From Paraspadella gotoi (Eukaryota; Animalia; Chaetognatha), in NCBI GenBank assembly GCA_051294375.1, contig CM119264.1, forward strand, positions 26,187,011-26,251,010: a stretch of DNA of 64,000 nucleotides, written 5' to 3'. Positions 37,552 to 52,700 of this stretch are shown piece by piece (position 1 is the first letter of the stretch; every line of letters starts with the position of its first letter). A program made the translations under genes and the position numbers. The notes under the pieces were generated by a model. It did not search any database, had not been told where the DNA came from, and was given only the letters and a program-made list of their open reading frames with translations.

Positions 37552-38189
37552 CCATTTTCGAGATTGAAGAGAGAAAAACCACTGCGTCCAACACGAACTG
37601 AGAAAGAGAGAACGAAAGAGAGTAAAAGACGAGTTCGTGTGTATCGTGAGAGAGAGGAGAGAGAGAGGAGAGAGAAGAGAGAGAGGAGAGAGAGACCACG
37701 GAAGAGTTAGTGAAGGTCTGAGACCTAAATCCGACAGACGAACCAGAAATCGTGTTTTTCCCTTGAAATTTAAGAGAAAAAAAAGAAGGAATCGAAAATC
37801 AGTCTAGTGCTGCCACTTCACTGCTGCATTTCCGCTGAGTTTCTGCTGCACTACTTCTGCGTTACACATGGAACATTGTAAAATGCAGTAGATGCCTTAA
37901 ACGACTGTGACCGAATTTGCTCGAATCATCTTTATTAAATAAAAAATAACAATCAATGGATTTTCATTTTGAAAAAAAAACGAGACGAAAAAAGAGGGAA
38001 GGAAAAAAGAAAGAAAAGAAAGAAAGAAAAAAAAAAAGAAAAAAAAAAAGAAAGAAGAAAGAAAGAAAGACAAAATCAGAAAGAAAGAAAGAAAGAACAA
38101 AAAGAAAGAAAAAGAAAGAAAGAAAGAAAGAGAGAAAGAGAGAAGAAAGAAAGAAAGAGAGAGAAAGACAGAAGAAAGAAAGAAAAATC

Positions 38190-41100
38190 CGAAAGAAAAC
38201 AAATTTTCCTTTATTATCTATCATAATGTTTACTCACAGTTTTATTTTACAATCCACGATAAAATTTCATTTCCTTCGTTCGTAAAAAGTTTTGTTATCA
38301 AATCAAAATCAATAAATATCATTTTGTTTGCTTATAACGCTTGTGAATTTAGGATGGGCTTAGAGGCTGTTGTATAGCAAAAGCGAAAAAAGAATTCCAT
38401 TTCAAAATATAAATACATAAATAAATCTACTTTGTCTACTACATTTTCCGGTTTAACATTGTAAAACATAATACATTTTTTCATACCAATTTATTTTAAT
38501 GTCATATAAGAAGAATTTCCTCCTTGTTCAAAAAAAAAACACATTTCCGGTTGTAAACAGATGGAGAAGCAGCGATTGAGTGGAAAGAAACGAGGTTATT
38601 AGATGACGATAGGAGTTAAGAGACGCGTAAAATCGAGGGGGCCTTTTTTTTCTATTCTGGAGAAGCCACTGGTAAAGCTGGACTTTCCGCGCTTACCTTA
38701 CCACTACTTACCTAATACTTAGTATAGTAGGTTCAAATATTTTGGCAATTTCATTTAATCTCTAGTTATCGACGTGATTGCGATGTTAAAATTTTGACGA
38801 TCGTGAAATTAGAGAAGAAGTATAATATAATAAACAATATAATAGTATAATATGTCTATCTATATTCTATGAATTTTCCGTAGGCAGTATTTTTCAGATC
38901 AGTGTGTTGTGCTTCGTCGTGCGATGTCTCTTCCCATCTTTTCGATTTCTCAGCTTTTTTCGTCGCCCCGCCTCCTTTTCCCAATGTCGCTCATCCTATT
39001 TGCCCCAAACGAAAGCGATCAATTTCCCAATTGCCCCTCTCCCTCTCCTTTTCACCACTCAGTCAATCGCATATTCGATGCGCATTGCCAACCTTGTCCC
39101 GTATCGTCCAAAGCTGTCCGTCATTTGTCAACTGGAGGATTCTGCTCGTCCCATTAACATTCCTTTCTTCTCTTCTCTCCACTTTTCAATTTCCCTCTCT
39201 CTTTCTCTCTCTCTCTTGCACTCACTCCAGCAACCGTATTTTGCAATCTTGAGTCAATATGGATTATTCGCATAATTATAAATGTTTTATTATTGTAATA
39301 TTAAATAATAATTAAATATTAAAGTTTTTAGAATATATATTTATAAATATAAATATTTATGTATTTATACTAATATAAATAAGATAAAATAGCATTTAAA
39401 CGAGACTTGAATTATTTTTCCTAGAAAAAGAGGATTCGAACAGATTTTTGCATAAAATATAAAATTAACTATTTTGCTTGCTTAAAATCCTTATTACATA
39501 TAATAAAATTTTATAAATTGTATTAGTCTATCATTTAAGTTAACATTATATGTGCTTTATAATAGGTAAAATATGAGTAAACTTGAAAGTCAGATGAAAA
39601 TATAACTAAAAGTAAATATTAAAATTAATAATAATAATATTAATATTATCAAAAATATAATTAAACATATTAATAATAAATATAGCAATAAATAGTATTC
39701 ATAATTATAAAAAAAAATTTGCACGTAGTTTCAAAAATATAAAAGTTTTTTCCAAAGCGCTAATAAGAATTGTCTTAAGCATCTCTACTCTAAAATGCAC
39801 ATTGTACATAAAAAAATTTAAAAACTGTTTTCCTTAGACTGATTTTTGCCTTAAATATATTTACTACATCTACAAATACCTTACTTAATACATCCTAATA
39901 ATTCACATTATCTGCTTTGTGAAAGTAAACAACCAACATATTAAACATAAATATATGTAACACCTATTCATCTCACACCAATACCACCTACAAAAGTTGT
40001 AAAATTCAAATTTAATGAATTAAATTATATTGATTCATTAAGGTTATGTTGCACGACCGATAATGAGTAAAGGCCTGATACTTGCTCAATATTTAATGCT
40101 TTAAACATAAAAATATATGTAACATATATCTACAACAATACCACATCCAAAGTTGTAAAAACCATTACAAATTTAATAACATAAAGATTATATTGATTCA
40201 TCTAAGGTTTATGTTCCAGGACCCGACTAAGGTAAAGGCTCGATACTTGCTCATTATTTAATGCTTTCAGGATACACACATTACAGATTACATGTCATAA
40301 TAAATGATTTATTATGGTTAGCGTGAAGAAAAAGTCCGCATCTCACAAAGTAACATTGCAAGTATTGATCCACTCAATTCCATGCAAGAATTTATCTTAA
40401 TCAATAGAAGACTATTAGAGATATGTTGTACTTATATACTGAAGATTGCATTTGAGTGATTAATTGAAAATTTTAGTCGATGTGTGCATTTGGCGTATGG
40501 AGATTTCATTATTGAGTATTAGCCACTCAACACTCGACAAAATGAGGAAATATCGAGGTAATGATCTCTCACACGTTTTCTGGAAATCAAGTGGAGGGTA
40601 TAGTCATTTAGAGATGTGATGAATAGTAGTTTTAGGACCAATATCAATTTTACATTAAAGATTAATCTAAAAGGATAATATGGAGTAAAATAAATAGTGC
40701 TATATTACATTTTTAGAAAATACCTGTTTAAAGGTTAGATTTAAATTATATATCTTATCTCCATTTAAGTATATATAAGCATACTATTTGTAGATACAAA
40801 AATTTTTTGAGATGACTAGTAAACATTTTTTATTTCTAGATGAAGTTGATGACAGTGCTTGGTGGACGAGGAAAGTGAGTGACAGGGACAGTGAGAGCGC
40901 ACTTATTGATCCGAATCAAAGTTGGTATAAATCATGAAGAGGGATATTATCGTCATTTTGGATACACACATACGTTGAAGACTCTCGATATAATTCGAAA
41001 CTCTTCAGACAAGGCAAACGTTTTTAGGTCGTATGCACAAGAGGAAAAATTTTTAATTTCAATCGAACTTGACGAGTAATATTAAATATTTAAAAGTATA

Positions 41101-44100
41101 TATTAGCGACCATACCGTAAATATTCGAAATTAAAAGAGAGTAGATGGGAGGGAGCTATGGGAGACTGGGCATGAAGACATTGGCACGAGGTACTAGATG
41201 AACGGGGCATAGATGAGTATATGTGACATTGTAAAGTGTTGATGAGGTAGAGCATAGTGAGAGTGATGTATGTCGATGCAGCAGATTGCACGCCATGTTA
41301 TCTGAGAAAGATCTTCAGTCCATGTAGACAGGAGTCCATACCATGGTTAAATGGTTCTCTAACAAACTACTTATAAAGCTTTAAATCAGATAATATACTA
41401 CATAGGATTATCGACGCTAAGTAAGCACCTATTCATAACACCATTTTTCTTGTCACTAGACTTTCAGGCAGCACACTTTTTTTTAACCACATGTCACGCT
41501 CATTTCTACACTCTTTCTTTCACTTAACTGGACTCTTTTACAGGCAAGCTATTTACTTTTTCATCTTTTCTTTTTATGGGTGCAGTCATCAATACTTGGA
41601 GCTGTATCATTAGACTAATATAATGACATATAACCTCGGGAAAAAAACGAATGTTACACTCACCTATGTGTCGTTATCGTCACTTTTTGGTTTTTGACGT
41701 TCCCAGCGGAACTTCGGATTTCATCTTGTTGGTGGACTGTTTATTACTACTTTTTAACTTGTTTTAACCATCTCGCTTATCATCTTTCATCATATGACGG
41801 TTGTCACCACTACTTTTAACTCACGGGCTCACTCTTCGATGCTACTAGCTCGTGCATTACTGGCTTTTACAACATCTACTATTATTGCATGTGTACACGC
41901 CAGTTTTAGGTTTTTTAAACCACCTCATCGGAGTATGGTATCTAGACTCTTCTCTGACATGATAACTCGATGTATTTGTGTTATTTTTGGGTAGTGAGTA
42001 CACGTATCAATACAGTGTCCACATTGTGTCACACACTGCTGTGAGGGACCTTATGCAATCTATTCTTTGACTAAGTCGAAGGTTGATCGCATCGATTTGT
42101 CACTCCTCACATTCTGACTGCCACGTTGTCGAAGCACACCTAGTTCGAGTCTGCTCCCACTCACATGTCTCAGTAGATTTCATATTATGGGATTGCGCAA
42201 TGACTTATTAACGAATTATGCTTCACAATATAACCACAACTGGTCATATGTATTTGGACATTAGATTCACTTACTGAATATATTTTGATCGACTTGTATT
42301 ATTTCTTTGGGATTGACTTTGTTGCAATCCTAGTTTAGCACGATAAAATGAGTAACGCAGAGGCCAACCGGACAGTAATCGAGAGACGACGAGGTAGAGG
42401 ACCGGGTTAATTTTGATTGTCAGCACGAGCCACGACAGAGATTAAACCACCAGTTATACCGCTGACGAAGACGGAGACCCAGACGAACAGACATTGATTT
42501 CGCCTTGAATTACAAGAGAAGCAGCTAGACACCACACGGATAGCACGCACATTTGACAGGAGTACCATTGAGGACAGCACACGCCAGTAGCACAGAGCAC
42601 GTACACGCACAAGCCGATAAACTCATACACCAACCGGTCAGATGAGAGGATCACTCAGCGCAATGCAACTGAATACATACTTTGTTTTTGGTAGTTTTCG
42701 CTACTTTATATGTAACATTATACGACTACGTGACGCAACGAACATCCATTAATGATCGCCCATACCTTCCAAATCACTACTTATATTCTTCACACTCACT
42801 CGCCCCTTTCTTCTCCTCTTCTCCTATCTCATCCGATTAGCACGGCAGGAATAAGTAGATTTTATTGATAGTGGCTAGTGATGAGAGAGCAGTACAGATG
42901 TATCTGATGGGATTGGCACAGACAACAGGATATATATTAATATTCGCACTTCATTACATATTCGCTAAGAGAGATTACTGTTTTATACGAGACTGGTGAT
43001 TACATACGACTTTCTTCATGGGGCATGTTTTCGACTCTGTAGTTGCGCCAGTCCCTTAATGTCATGAGGACATGATCCATATGGCAATACTATCGGGTTG
43101 TTACACATTACCTAATGTTATTCTAAACCCCACCCCAGCACAGATCACACGTTCCATTTTCATAATTCGTGTTCTGACATGATATAGATGATGCCTGAAC
43201 AGTTTGGGGGGTGACCGACAACACAGTGGAAATTAATAGCAGTCGGATTGCACTGATAATCCAAACAAAATGCGAAAACCAAAGAGAGAAAGAAGAGACC
43301 TTCACAGCCAGACGAGAGGACGTTATGGATGGAAGTCACGGTTTTTTAGCACGCAGTTCATATTTTGATTTAGAACAGAGTTAGCACTTACCATGGGTGA
43401 AGTATTTACAGAGTTTGAATAAGTAGCACCAGATATTAGGAAGGAAGAGCTCACATTGAGCGATTTCTCACAGGAATTCTTCTGAATTCGACGTATCGAA
43501 TCCCTAATCTACTATATAGAGACGAGGCGCGAAGAAACTTACACGAAACCTTCCCCACATAATGACAATAATAATCCAGCCCAATGGGAACGAAACAGCG
43601 AATAGTTAATAACAGGTGTTTGAGGTAAGATGAAATGTGTAGGAGAATCACTGTAGAAAAATTAAGAACATCATAAGGGCACAAGCCACTATATACTCGT
43701 TATAATGTGTGATACTCCCGAGGGACGTACAAGGGCATCTCATAACATCAGGCATATTCAGCGGGTTTTGGTGGTGACACGTCACGTAAGAGAGGAACGG
43801 TGGAGTAGGAGAGATCCCCGGAAACTCAACTAATATCCGTGGCACGAAAGCGAGGAGCCTTATGCAGCCCAGTGTGTCGGACAAGCGAGATTACGACCAC
43901 AAGGCTCACCTTGTAGATACGAATTGCCTTAAACGCACATTAAAAATTAATCCGTAAATAATCGTGTGTGAAAATTTTTTGTTTAATTTAACCGAGTCTC
44001 AATGTGTCCTAAATCCACATAACCGTCAATTGACAGCACGGCCCAATTGGTGCCGGAGCACGTTCCCTCGCTCCCCAACGCCACAGGTCGGAGGTTACAA

Positions 44101-45915
44101 TGCTTCCGGGGTCTCTGGACTGTTATAGCAGGAACGGGAGAGCGCTTAAACCCGGCACAGTTTAACAAAGTTGTTACCAGCTGTATCCGAAGCTTTCAAG
44201 AGGAACTGCTTTTATATTGAATGACTGTTGCTGATCATTAACACTTTATATCAATAATTAAATAGTCGTCTCAGCAGATGCATTAGTGAGAGACCGACGC
44301 ATTCCGAACGCACAGTCAACAAAGCAAACGACAGTTCAAGCGAGAAGAGAGAGAGACGAGAGAAGAAAGATGGACAGAAAGACTTAAGAGCAGGATAGTT
44401 TTTAGAAGAGAAGTGAACGGAGAAAGAGGGAGAGAGAGACGAACACATAATAATTAAAAAAGTTTTGTTTTGTAAATAAAAACATAAACAAAATACCAAT
44501 ATCTGATATGAAACACATTGCGACATTCAGAACCTTGCGAATGGTCAACATGACCTGGCCCATCTGCATCAACGGTAGATGCCTTTACAGACTTAGGTGG
44601 AAGACATTATTTACCACCACACATACTGAAAAATCTCCAGGCGACCACCCCACACTCGCTTCACCAGCACATAGGGGTGGGATGTAATTGAGTGCGGATA
44701 ACTCCACCACGGTTCATCGGCGGGCATTGGTGGGCGGAGGCCCGTATTCCCTCCCACCCACAGTCCGGGTTTAAGCCGGTGGTCGTCCTGGCCACGTTAG
44801 CCAGGGACGGGCGCTTACCGCCGTACCAGGTGTTACCACGCTGCTCGCACTAGGGCACTGCCTTAATTGAACACGGTGTTCTGTCATTACACTTATCATA
44901 ATTCCTGTCTCTTCCCGTTATTTTTTTTATGTTCTTCGTTACATTTTATTTTTCTCCATTTGACTATTGCTAGATTTGTTTTCTTCACTTTTACTTAGTA
45001 CTGTTATGCTTGGACACAGATGGACGGTTTCTCTCCTGTCTGACCATCTTGGAGAAGGTTTCTCAGGTTATTCAGACCGTCCATGTTTCGGCTCTAATTG
45101 CAGCCTTCTACACTCCCCAGATTGAATTCAAATGGTATTTTGTGCTAAAGACTATGTCTCTCTTCTCTCTCTCTCTTCAACTCTTCTCTCAACTGTCTCA
45201 AGGCCATTTCAAAATTCTTCTTTTTCTCCTTCAAAAACTAAATTATCCTGTCCTCATCTTAAAAAATCTGTCTCACCATTTGACCAACTATCTCTGTGTT
45301 TTGGAAACTTGCCCTCTCTCAACTCTTTCTCATCTCTCTCCACTTCTTCTTTAGCATAAATTTTTACCATTGAATCAAATTCAATTTGACGCTTATGAAA
45401 GCAGCAATTTAGAGCCTAGACGTACTTTCTCTAAATGAAAATAAATCGTTGTAAGCATTCAAACTTTTCTCTAACTTACCAAACACAACAAAGATAGGAT
45501 TATACAATTAGATTTTTTTAAAAGTTTTTCTGGTCGATTTGAGAAGATAAGACCTCATGTGAAAGTAAAAATAACAGAATCATTTCATGAGAAAAGTTTA
45601 TGTCTAGTAAATTTTTTTAATGAAATTTAGGGCTGAAACTGAGTTTAGCCTTAAACTTATGAAAGTGTTAAAAAGAAAATGAATAATTCCCAGAAAACAA
45701 TAAAAACGACCTTCCCAGTTGTAAATTGCATTCCAAAGCTGTCAAGTATCTCTTTAATACGACAATTAAATAAAAAGAATTAAAAAGCTTTTTCTTGAGA
45801 AAACAACTTTAAAAGCCTCATGAGTTAAAAAAATAGTATTCTATACTACTTACTTTTCCGTAACCTTAGTCTAAGATGAGAATGAATCAGGGCTTTTTTA
45901 TCTCTAACTCTTTAA
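38190..45915 (+). other. Noisy redundant copy of 50672-57355 (unpolished long-read sequence)
   Basis: Near-identical at first, then progressively indel-ridden. Landmarks stay colinear: 3' flank of gene C, microexon at ~41595, Penelope motif at ~43025, TRIM at ~44000-44915. Confidence 0.8.
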
Positions 45916-47038
45916 TAAGGCGTAGTAAAATTTCTAATTTAACTTTAATTAAAATTCTAAAAGTGAGAACGAAAACAGACATTATACTAATGAAATTTAT
46001 GTAATAAAACAATTTTTAAAAATTTTAACCAATTTAGGCAGTAGGCTATATTATACTAGTACTTAAACCAATAATGTTAATAATTTCAAAATAGTTTTTT
46101 CTAAGATTTTTTTTGCAGATTGGAGTCGTCATAAAAGTGGTAAAAAGAAATATAACTCTTTTTGAAAATTCCTTCATTAAGTGGGTCAAAATTAGATAAG
46201 CTATATTTTAAGCTGAAAATTTACTTTTTTATATTAATATAGTTTTTTTTAATTTTTAACCCACTTTAATGGAAGAATTTTTAAAAAATGATTTATATTT
46301 TCTTATATCAACTTTTGACAAGGAATTCAATCTGCCAATCAAATAAGAAAAGCCTATTTTGAAATTTTTCGATTTTATAAAGATAGTACTATATATGTGG
46401 GATTCGACCCGGATTCTTCGCCTTTGAAGCTGAGGGAGTTGGGCAAATCGCCAATTGATATTATAAATAACCTTAACTAAACTAATATACAAATTGATAA
46501 TAAAAAACGATTTTATTAAATCAAAATAAAAAGAGTTGTCTCCGGATTTGATCCCGGGAACTGTTCATTAACTAACAAGACTTAGTGCTTCACACACAAC
46601 GATAATTAATTATAGGATATTCAATTACATTAATTATCTAGCATGGTATTCTGTTTATGTTAAAACAAGAGAAATACGACCTTATATTTTTACTAGAGCA
46701 CTCCTAGTAGTATTCAATGGTTCTCATTCTTGTCCTTTCACTAAGATCTTAGTTCTTCTTGTAAATGATTTATTCTACACATTACTATATCACACAGTTT
46801 AAATACTTTATTCTAATTGTTATGTGTTTATTGATTTATGTCATTCCTTATTTGTTAGTATTATTTGTTACTGCTTTGTTGTAATGCATATAGATAATTC
46901 TATGAATATCTATATGCTTTTGATTATTGTATTAAGGTGAATTTTATAATTGAACAATAAAAAATTTTGTTCTTGGAAACAATTTTATCATTTGAACGAA
47001 TTGTGCAGCTCAGACGCACGTGGTGACGTTCACCACAT

Positions 47039-47056
47039 TGGTGGGCCCGACGTGAT
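47039..47056 (+). other. Primer-binding site complementary to tRNA-Trp 3' end
   Basis: TGGTGGGCCCGACGTGAT follows an LTR-like …CACCACA end. 16/18 match to TGGTGACCCCGACGTGAT, the reverse complement of the eukaryotic tRNA-Trp 3' end. Confidence 0.75.
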
Positions 47057-47067
47057 ATATATATATA

Positions 47068-48168
47068 TACTACGGATATCGGCAATTTCGAGGCAAGGCC
47101 AACGTCGTGGCGACGCCCCTCTCGCCCCAAACCAGGCTCAATATCTCTAGCAGACCGTTGAGTGCCGAGAAATCAGAACACCTCGCCCTCGTTGTTGCGG
47201 CCATCAGCATCAAGGCGTCGACTTTCGCGAGATGGCGCGGCAACAACCGTTAGACCGAGATTTTTGCCGACTCTCCCAAGATTCCACTACAGGGCTCATT
47301 TCCAGACGCATCCAACTCGAAATGGAACCATCGTCGTCGACGTCTCCACGGCCCACCCAGGCCGTTCGTCCCAAGGCCTGGCGCCGAAGAGTTTTTCAAA
47401 CATCATGATTCGGCCATCCAGGCGTCGCGAGACGCGAGACGCCGTGGCCGAGAATTTGTCTGCCATCCATGCGCGCGATGTGACACGTTGGGCGCGCAGT
47501 GCATTGCCTGCCAGCGCGCTTAAGGTGAACGCGCCACGTCATTCCGGAAATCGGCGGTTTGTAGTGCCGCCACGCCGCTTTCAGCACGTGCAGTGACCTC
47601 GTTAAGATGCCCTCTCAACGGCTTCACGTACCTCCTCACCGCGTCGACAGATTTACGAGATGGCCATAGCGGCGCCAATCAAAGACATTACTGCAACCAC
47701 CGTTGCCGAACATTCGCGAATCACTGGGTCGCATCTTTCGGCATCCGCCGCAAATCACACGGATCGCGGCTCACAATTTCATCAGCAATCTGGCGACAAC
47801 TCGCCAAAACGTGGAGTGCCAATTCGTTGACTACAGCCTACCATCAGAAGCAAACGGGCTGGGCGAGCGATTCCATCGTCGGCCGTAAAGGAATCTCTCA
47901 TTGCAAATCTCCACGGATGACCCAGTGGCTGGTATTGGAGACTCCCCTCGGCATTCTCGCAATCCGCACCACCATCAAAGCCGGATGTGGATGCGTCCCC
48001 AGCCAGTGTCTACGGAGACGCCTCACAGTCCCGGCGACATCCTTGACCGAGCCAATCTGAGGCGGAAGAACGAGAGCTCGCCGACGCCTCAGAGATGAAC
48101 TCCGATGGAAGTCGAGCGGCTCACCCGCGCCAACCAGCAGACACAGAAGACCTCGGGTACACCTCCCG
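47068..48168 (+). pseudogene. Ty3/Gypsy pol relic: RNase H C-terminus + integrase (frameshifted), runs into a gap
   Basis: Across frameshifts reads TTDI…GKANVVADALSR, HPG…DVTRWAR.CIACQR.KV.RH (HHCC finger), FTYLLT.VDRFTRWP, WVASFG…TDRGSQF, TTAYH.EANGL.ERFHR, LAIRTTIK. Confidence 0.92.
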
Positions 48169-48313
48169 NNNNNNNNNNNNNNNNNNNNNNNNNAAAAACA
48201 AGTGGAGAAACAAACAGAATAAAATTTATAGTATCCAAAAAGTCAATGTGAGAATTTAAGATGGTGAGTTCGGACGAATCGTTCGTTAGAGAGAATGAGT
48301 GTCCATTTCGGTG

Positions 48314-48401
<88 letters not shown>

Positions 48402-48501
48402 GAGAGAGAGGGCCATTTTCGAGATTGAAGAGAGAAAAACCACTGCGTCCAACACGAACTGAGAAAGAGAGAACGAAGAGAGTAAAGAGAGTTCGTGTGT
48501 A

Positions 48502-48540
<39 letters not shown>

Positions 48541-49101
48541 ACGGAAGAGTTAGTGAAGGTCTGAGACCTAAATCCGACAGACCGAACCAGAAATCGTGTT
48601 TTTCCCTTGAAATTTAGAGAAAAAAACAGAAGGAAATCGAAAATCAGTCTAGTGCTGCACTTCTGCTGCATTTCCGCTGAGTTTCTGCTGCACTACTTCT
48701 GCGTTACACATTGGAACATTGTAAAACTGCAGTAGATGCCTTAAACGACTGTGAGCCAAATTTGCTTGAATCATCTTTATTAAATAAACAAGTTTGAGCA
48801 AACAATGTCGGATCTGCCTACGATAATTAATTAATTAATTAATTATTAATTAATTTTTAATTAATTAATTATTAATTATTTTTTATTAATTAATTATTAA
48901 TTAATTATTAATTTATTATTAATTACTAATACATAATTATTATTAATTTATTAATTAATTAATTTTTAATTANNNNNNNNNNNNNNNNNNNNNNNNNGGA
49001 TTTTCTTTCTTTCTTTCATTCTTTCTTTCTTTCTCTTCTTTCTTTCTTTCTTTCTCTCTTTCTCTCTTTCTTTCTTTCTTTCTTTCTTCTTTCTTTTTTT
49101 T

Positions 49102-49149
<48 letters not shown>

Positions 49150-49509
49150 TTTTTTTTTCTTTCTTTTTTTTTTTTTTTTCTTTCTTTCTTTCTTTCTTTT
49201 TTCCTTCCCTCTTTTTTTCCGTCTCGTTTTTTTTTCAAAATAAAATCCATTGATTGTTATTTTTTATTTAATAAGATGATTCGAGCAAATTCGGCTCACA
49301 GTCGTTTAAGGCATCTACTGCAGTTTTACAATGTTCCATGTGTAACGCAGAAGTAGTGCAGCAGAAACTCAGCGGAAATGCAGCAGAAGTGCAGCACTAG
49401 ACTGATTTTCGATTTCCTTCTGTTTTTTTTCTCTAAAATTTCAAGGGAAAAACACGATTCTGGTTCGGTCTGTCGGATTTAGGTCTCAGACCTTCACTAA
49501 CTCTTCCGT

Positions 49510-49561
<52 letters not shown>

Positions 49562-49677
49562 ACATACACACGAACTCTCTTTTACTCTCTTCGTTCTCTC
49601 TTTCTCAGTTCGTGTTGGACGCAGTGGTTTTTCTCTCTTCAATCTCGAAAATGGCCTCTCTCTCTCTCTCTCTCTCT

Positions 49678-49731
<54 letters not shown>

Positions 49732-52700
49732 CTCTTCTCTCTCCAATCACCGAAATGGACACTCATTCTCTCTAACGAACGATTCGTCCGAACTCACCAT
49801 CTTAAATTCTCACATTGACTTTTGGAATACTATAAATTTTAATTCTGTTTGTTTCTCCACTTGTTTTTAATTAAAAATAATACGTAGTTTCGAATTAAAA
49901 ACATAGCTGAGGACATATTTGACAAAGCAAGACATCATTGTGTTAAATTGTATGATAATTTTTTTTTAAAATAGAAAAAAAGATAATTTATTTTTAGCTT
50001 TCTTTTTATTTCTTCTTAAATAAAAATTTTAGTGAAGAAAAAAAAATTAAAATCTACTCATCTGAATGTCATTGTTTACTGATTAAAAGGTAAAATTTTT
50101 TAATTCGCCCTTTTGTCCCCAAGCCCCAAGACATGGAAGTGCCTAAAACTTTTAAAAAACATTTTTACTTGATGTGCATACAAGGCAGAACCCGCATTCT
50201 GAATTTTTGTATTTTCCCTTTCAAACATATTAAATAAAAATAAATTATTTTCGAGATGTTCGACGGTGACAATGCCACTGGTAAGGCTTCGTTACCTCAC
50301 TTCCCGAATGAATTTTTAAACGAGGATTTTTTTCCGTCTATTCGAGACATAACACTAACTATTGATATTACTAGTTTTTTGATTCACACAATCTACTTCG
50401 CGTAATCAGAGAAACGTTTAGCGTGTCAAAAAAATAGGGTAAAAAATGAGTAAAACGTTCTGACAAAATTAAAAATCGATGGAGGAATCTACTTAAGTAT
50501 ATTTTTAACTGAATTTTGTTTTTAACAACACAATGGTCGTAGATGTATTTTTCATATTCTATTTTGCTGTTTGAATGTTAATATTATAATTATTCCATTT
50601 GTACTAGCTTTCAATGACCCAAGTGCCTAAATTCTTGATCTGATACTCTTTCTTCTCCCCCTCTCTCGCTCTGAAAGAAAACAAATTTTCCTTTATTATC
50701 TATCATAATGTTTACTCACAGTTTTATTTTACAATCCACGATAAAATTTCATTTCCTTCGTTCGTAAAAAGTTTGTTATCAAATCAAAATCAATAAATAT
50801 CATTTGTTTGCTTATAACGCTTGTGAATTTAGGATGGGTTAGAGGCTGTTGTATAGCAAAAGCGAAAAAAGAATTCCATTTCAAAATATAAATACATAAA
50901 TAAATCTACTTTGTCTACTACATTTTCCGGTTTAACATTGTAAAACATAATACATTTTTTTCATACCAATTTATTTTAATGTCATATAAGAAGAATTTCC
51001 TCCTTGTCAAAAAAAAAACATTTCCGGTTGTAAAACAGATGGAGAAGCAGCGATTGAGTGAAAGAAACGAGGTTATTAGATGACGATAGGAGATAAGAGA
51101 CGCAGTAAAAATCCGAGGGGGCCTTTTTTTTCTATTCTGGAGAAGCCACTGGTAAAGCTGGACTTTCCGCGCTTACCTTACCACTACTTACCTAATACTT
51201 AGTATAGTAGTTCAAATATTTTTTGGCAATTTCATTTAATCTCTAGTTATCGACGTGATTGCGATGTTAAAATTTTGACGATCGTGAAATTAGAGAAGAA
51301 GTATAATATAATAAACAATATAATAGTATAATATGTCTATCTATATTCTATGAATTTTCCGTAGGCAGTATTTTTCAGATCAGTGTGTTGTGCTTCGTCG
51401 TGCGATGTCCTTCCCATCTTTTCGATCTTCTCAGCTTTTTTCGTCGCCGCCTCCCTTTTCCCAATGTCGCTCATCCTATTTGCCCCAAAACGACAGCCGA
51501 TCAATTTCCCAATTGCCCCCTCTCCCTCTCCCTTTTCACCAACTCAGTCAATCGCATATTCGATGCGCATTGCCAACCCTTGTCCCCGTATCGTCCCAAA
51601 GCTGTCCCGTCATTTGTCAACTGGAGGATTCTGCTCGTCCCATTAACCATTCCATTCTTCTCTCTCTCCACCTTTTCAATTTCTCTCTCTCTTTTTCTCT
51701 CTCTCTCTGCACCTCACTCCAGCAACCGTATTTCTGCAATCTTGAGTCCAATATGGATTTATTCGCGTAATTATAAATGTTTTATTATTGTAATATTATA
51801 AATAATTAAATATTAAAGTTTTTAGAATATATATTTTATAAATATAAATAGTTTATAGTATTTATACTAATATAAATAAGATAAAATAGCATTTAAACGA
51901 GACCTTGAATTATTTTTCCTAGAAAAAAGAGGAATTCGAACAGATTTTTGCATAAAATATAAAATTAACTATTTTGCTTGCTTAAAATCCTTATTACATA
52001 TAATAAAATTTTATAAATTGTATAAGTCTATCATTTAAGTTAACATTATATGTGCTTTAATAAATAGGTAAATATGAGTAAACTTGAAAAGTAAGATGAA
52101 AATAATAACTAAAAGTAAAATATTAAAATTAATAATAATAATATTAATATTATCAAAAATATAATTAAACAATATTAATAATAATATAAAATAATAGTAT
52201 TATAATTATAATAAAAAAAATTTGCAAGTTTCAAAAAATTATAAAAGTTTTTTCCAAGCGCTAATAAGAATTGTCTTAAAGATCTCTACTCTAAAATGCA
52301 CATTGTACATAAAAAAATTTAAAAACTGTTTTCCTTAGACTGATTTTTGCTTAAATATATTTTACTACATTCTACCAAATACTTACTTAATACATCTACA
52401 TAATTCACATTATCTGCTTTGTGTAAAGTAAAAACCACACATTTAAACATAAAATATATGTAACACTATATCATACACAATACCACCTACAAAAGTTGTA
52501 AAACATTACAAATTTAATGAAATTAAAATTATATTGATTCATTAAGGTTTATGTTCCAGGACCGACTAATGGTAAAGGCTGATACTTGCTCAATATTTAA
52601 TGCTTAAACATAAAATATATGATACACTATATCATACAACAATACCACAAAAAAGTTGTAAAACATTACAAATTTAATAAAATTAAAATTATATTGATTC

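Noticed and set aside
32435-38285. Phe/Ser/Leu-rich or Lys/Arg/Glu-rich ORFs
   Set aside because: Translations of (CTTT)n, (GAAA)n and (GA)n microsatellites, or of N runs.
40400-44600. Many short ORFs and apparently unique sequence
   Set aside because: Very noisy re-read of 52900-56000. Landmarks remain colinear, so the novelty is sequencing error.
46395-46455. tRNA gene on the minus strand (GGGTCGAATCCC)
   Set aside because: Only a B-box-like remnant, with no cloverleaf. At most a SINE fragment.
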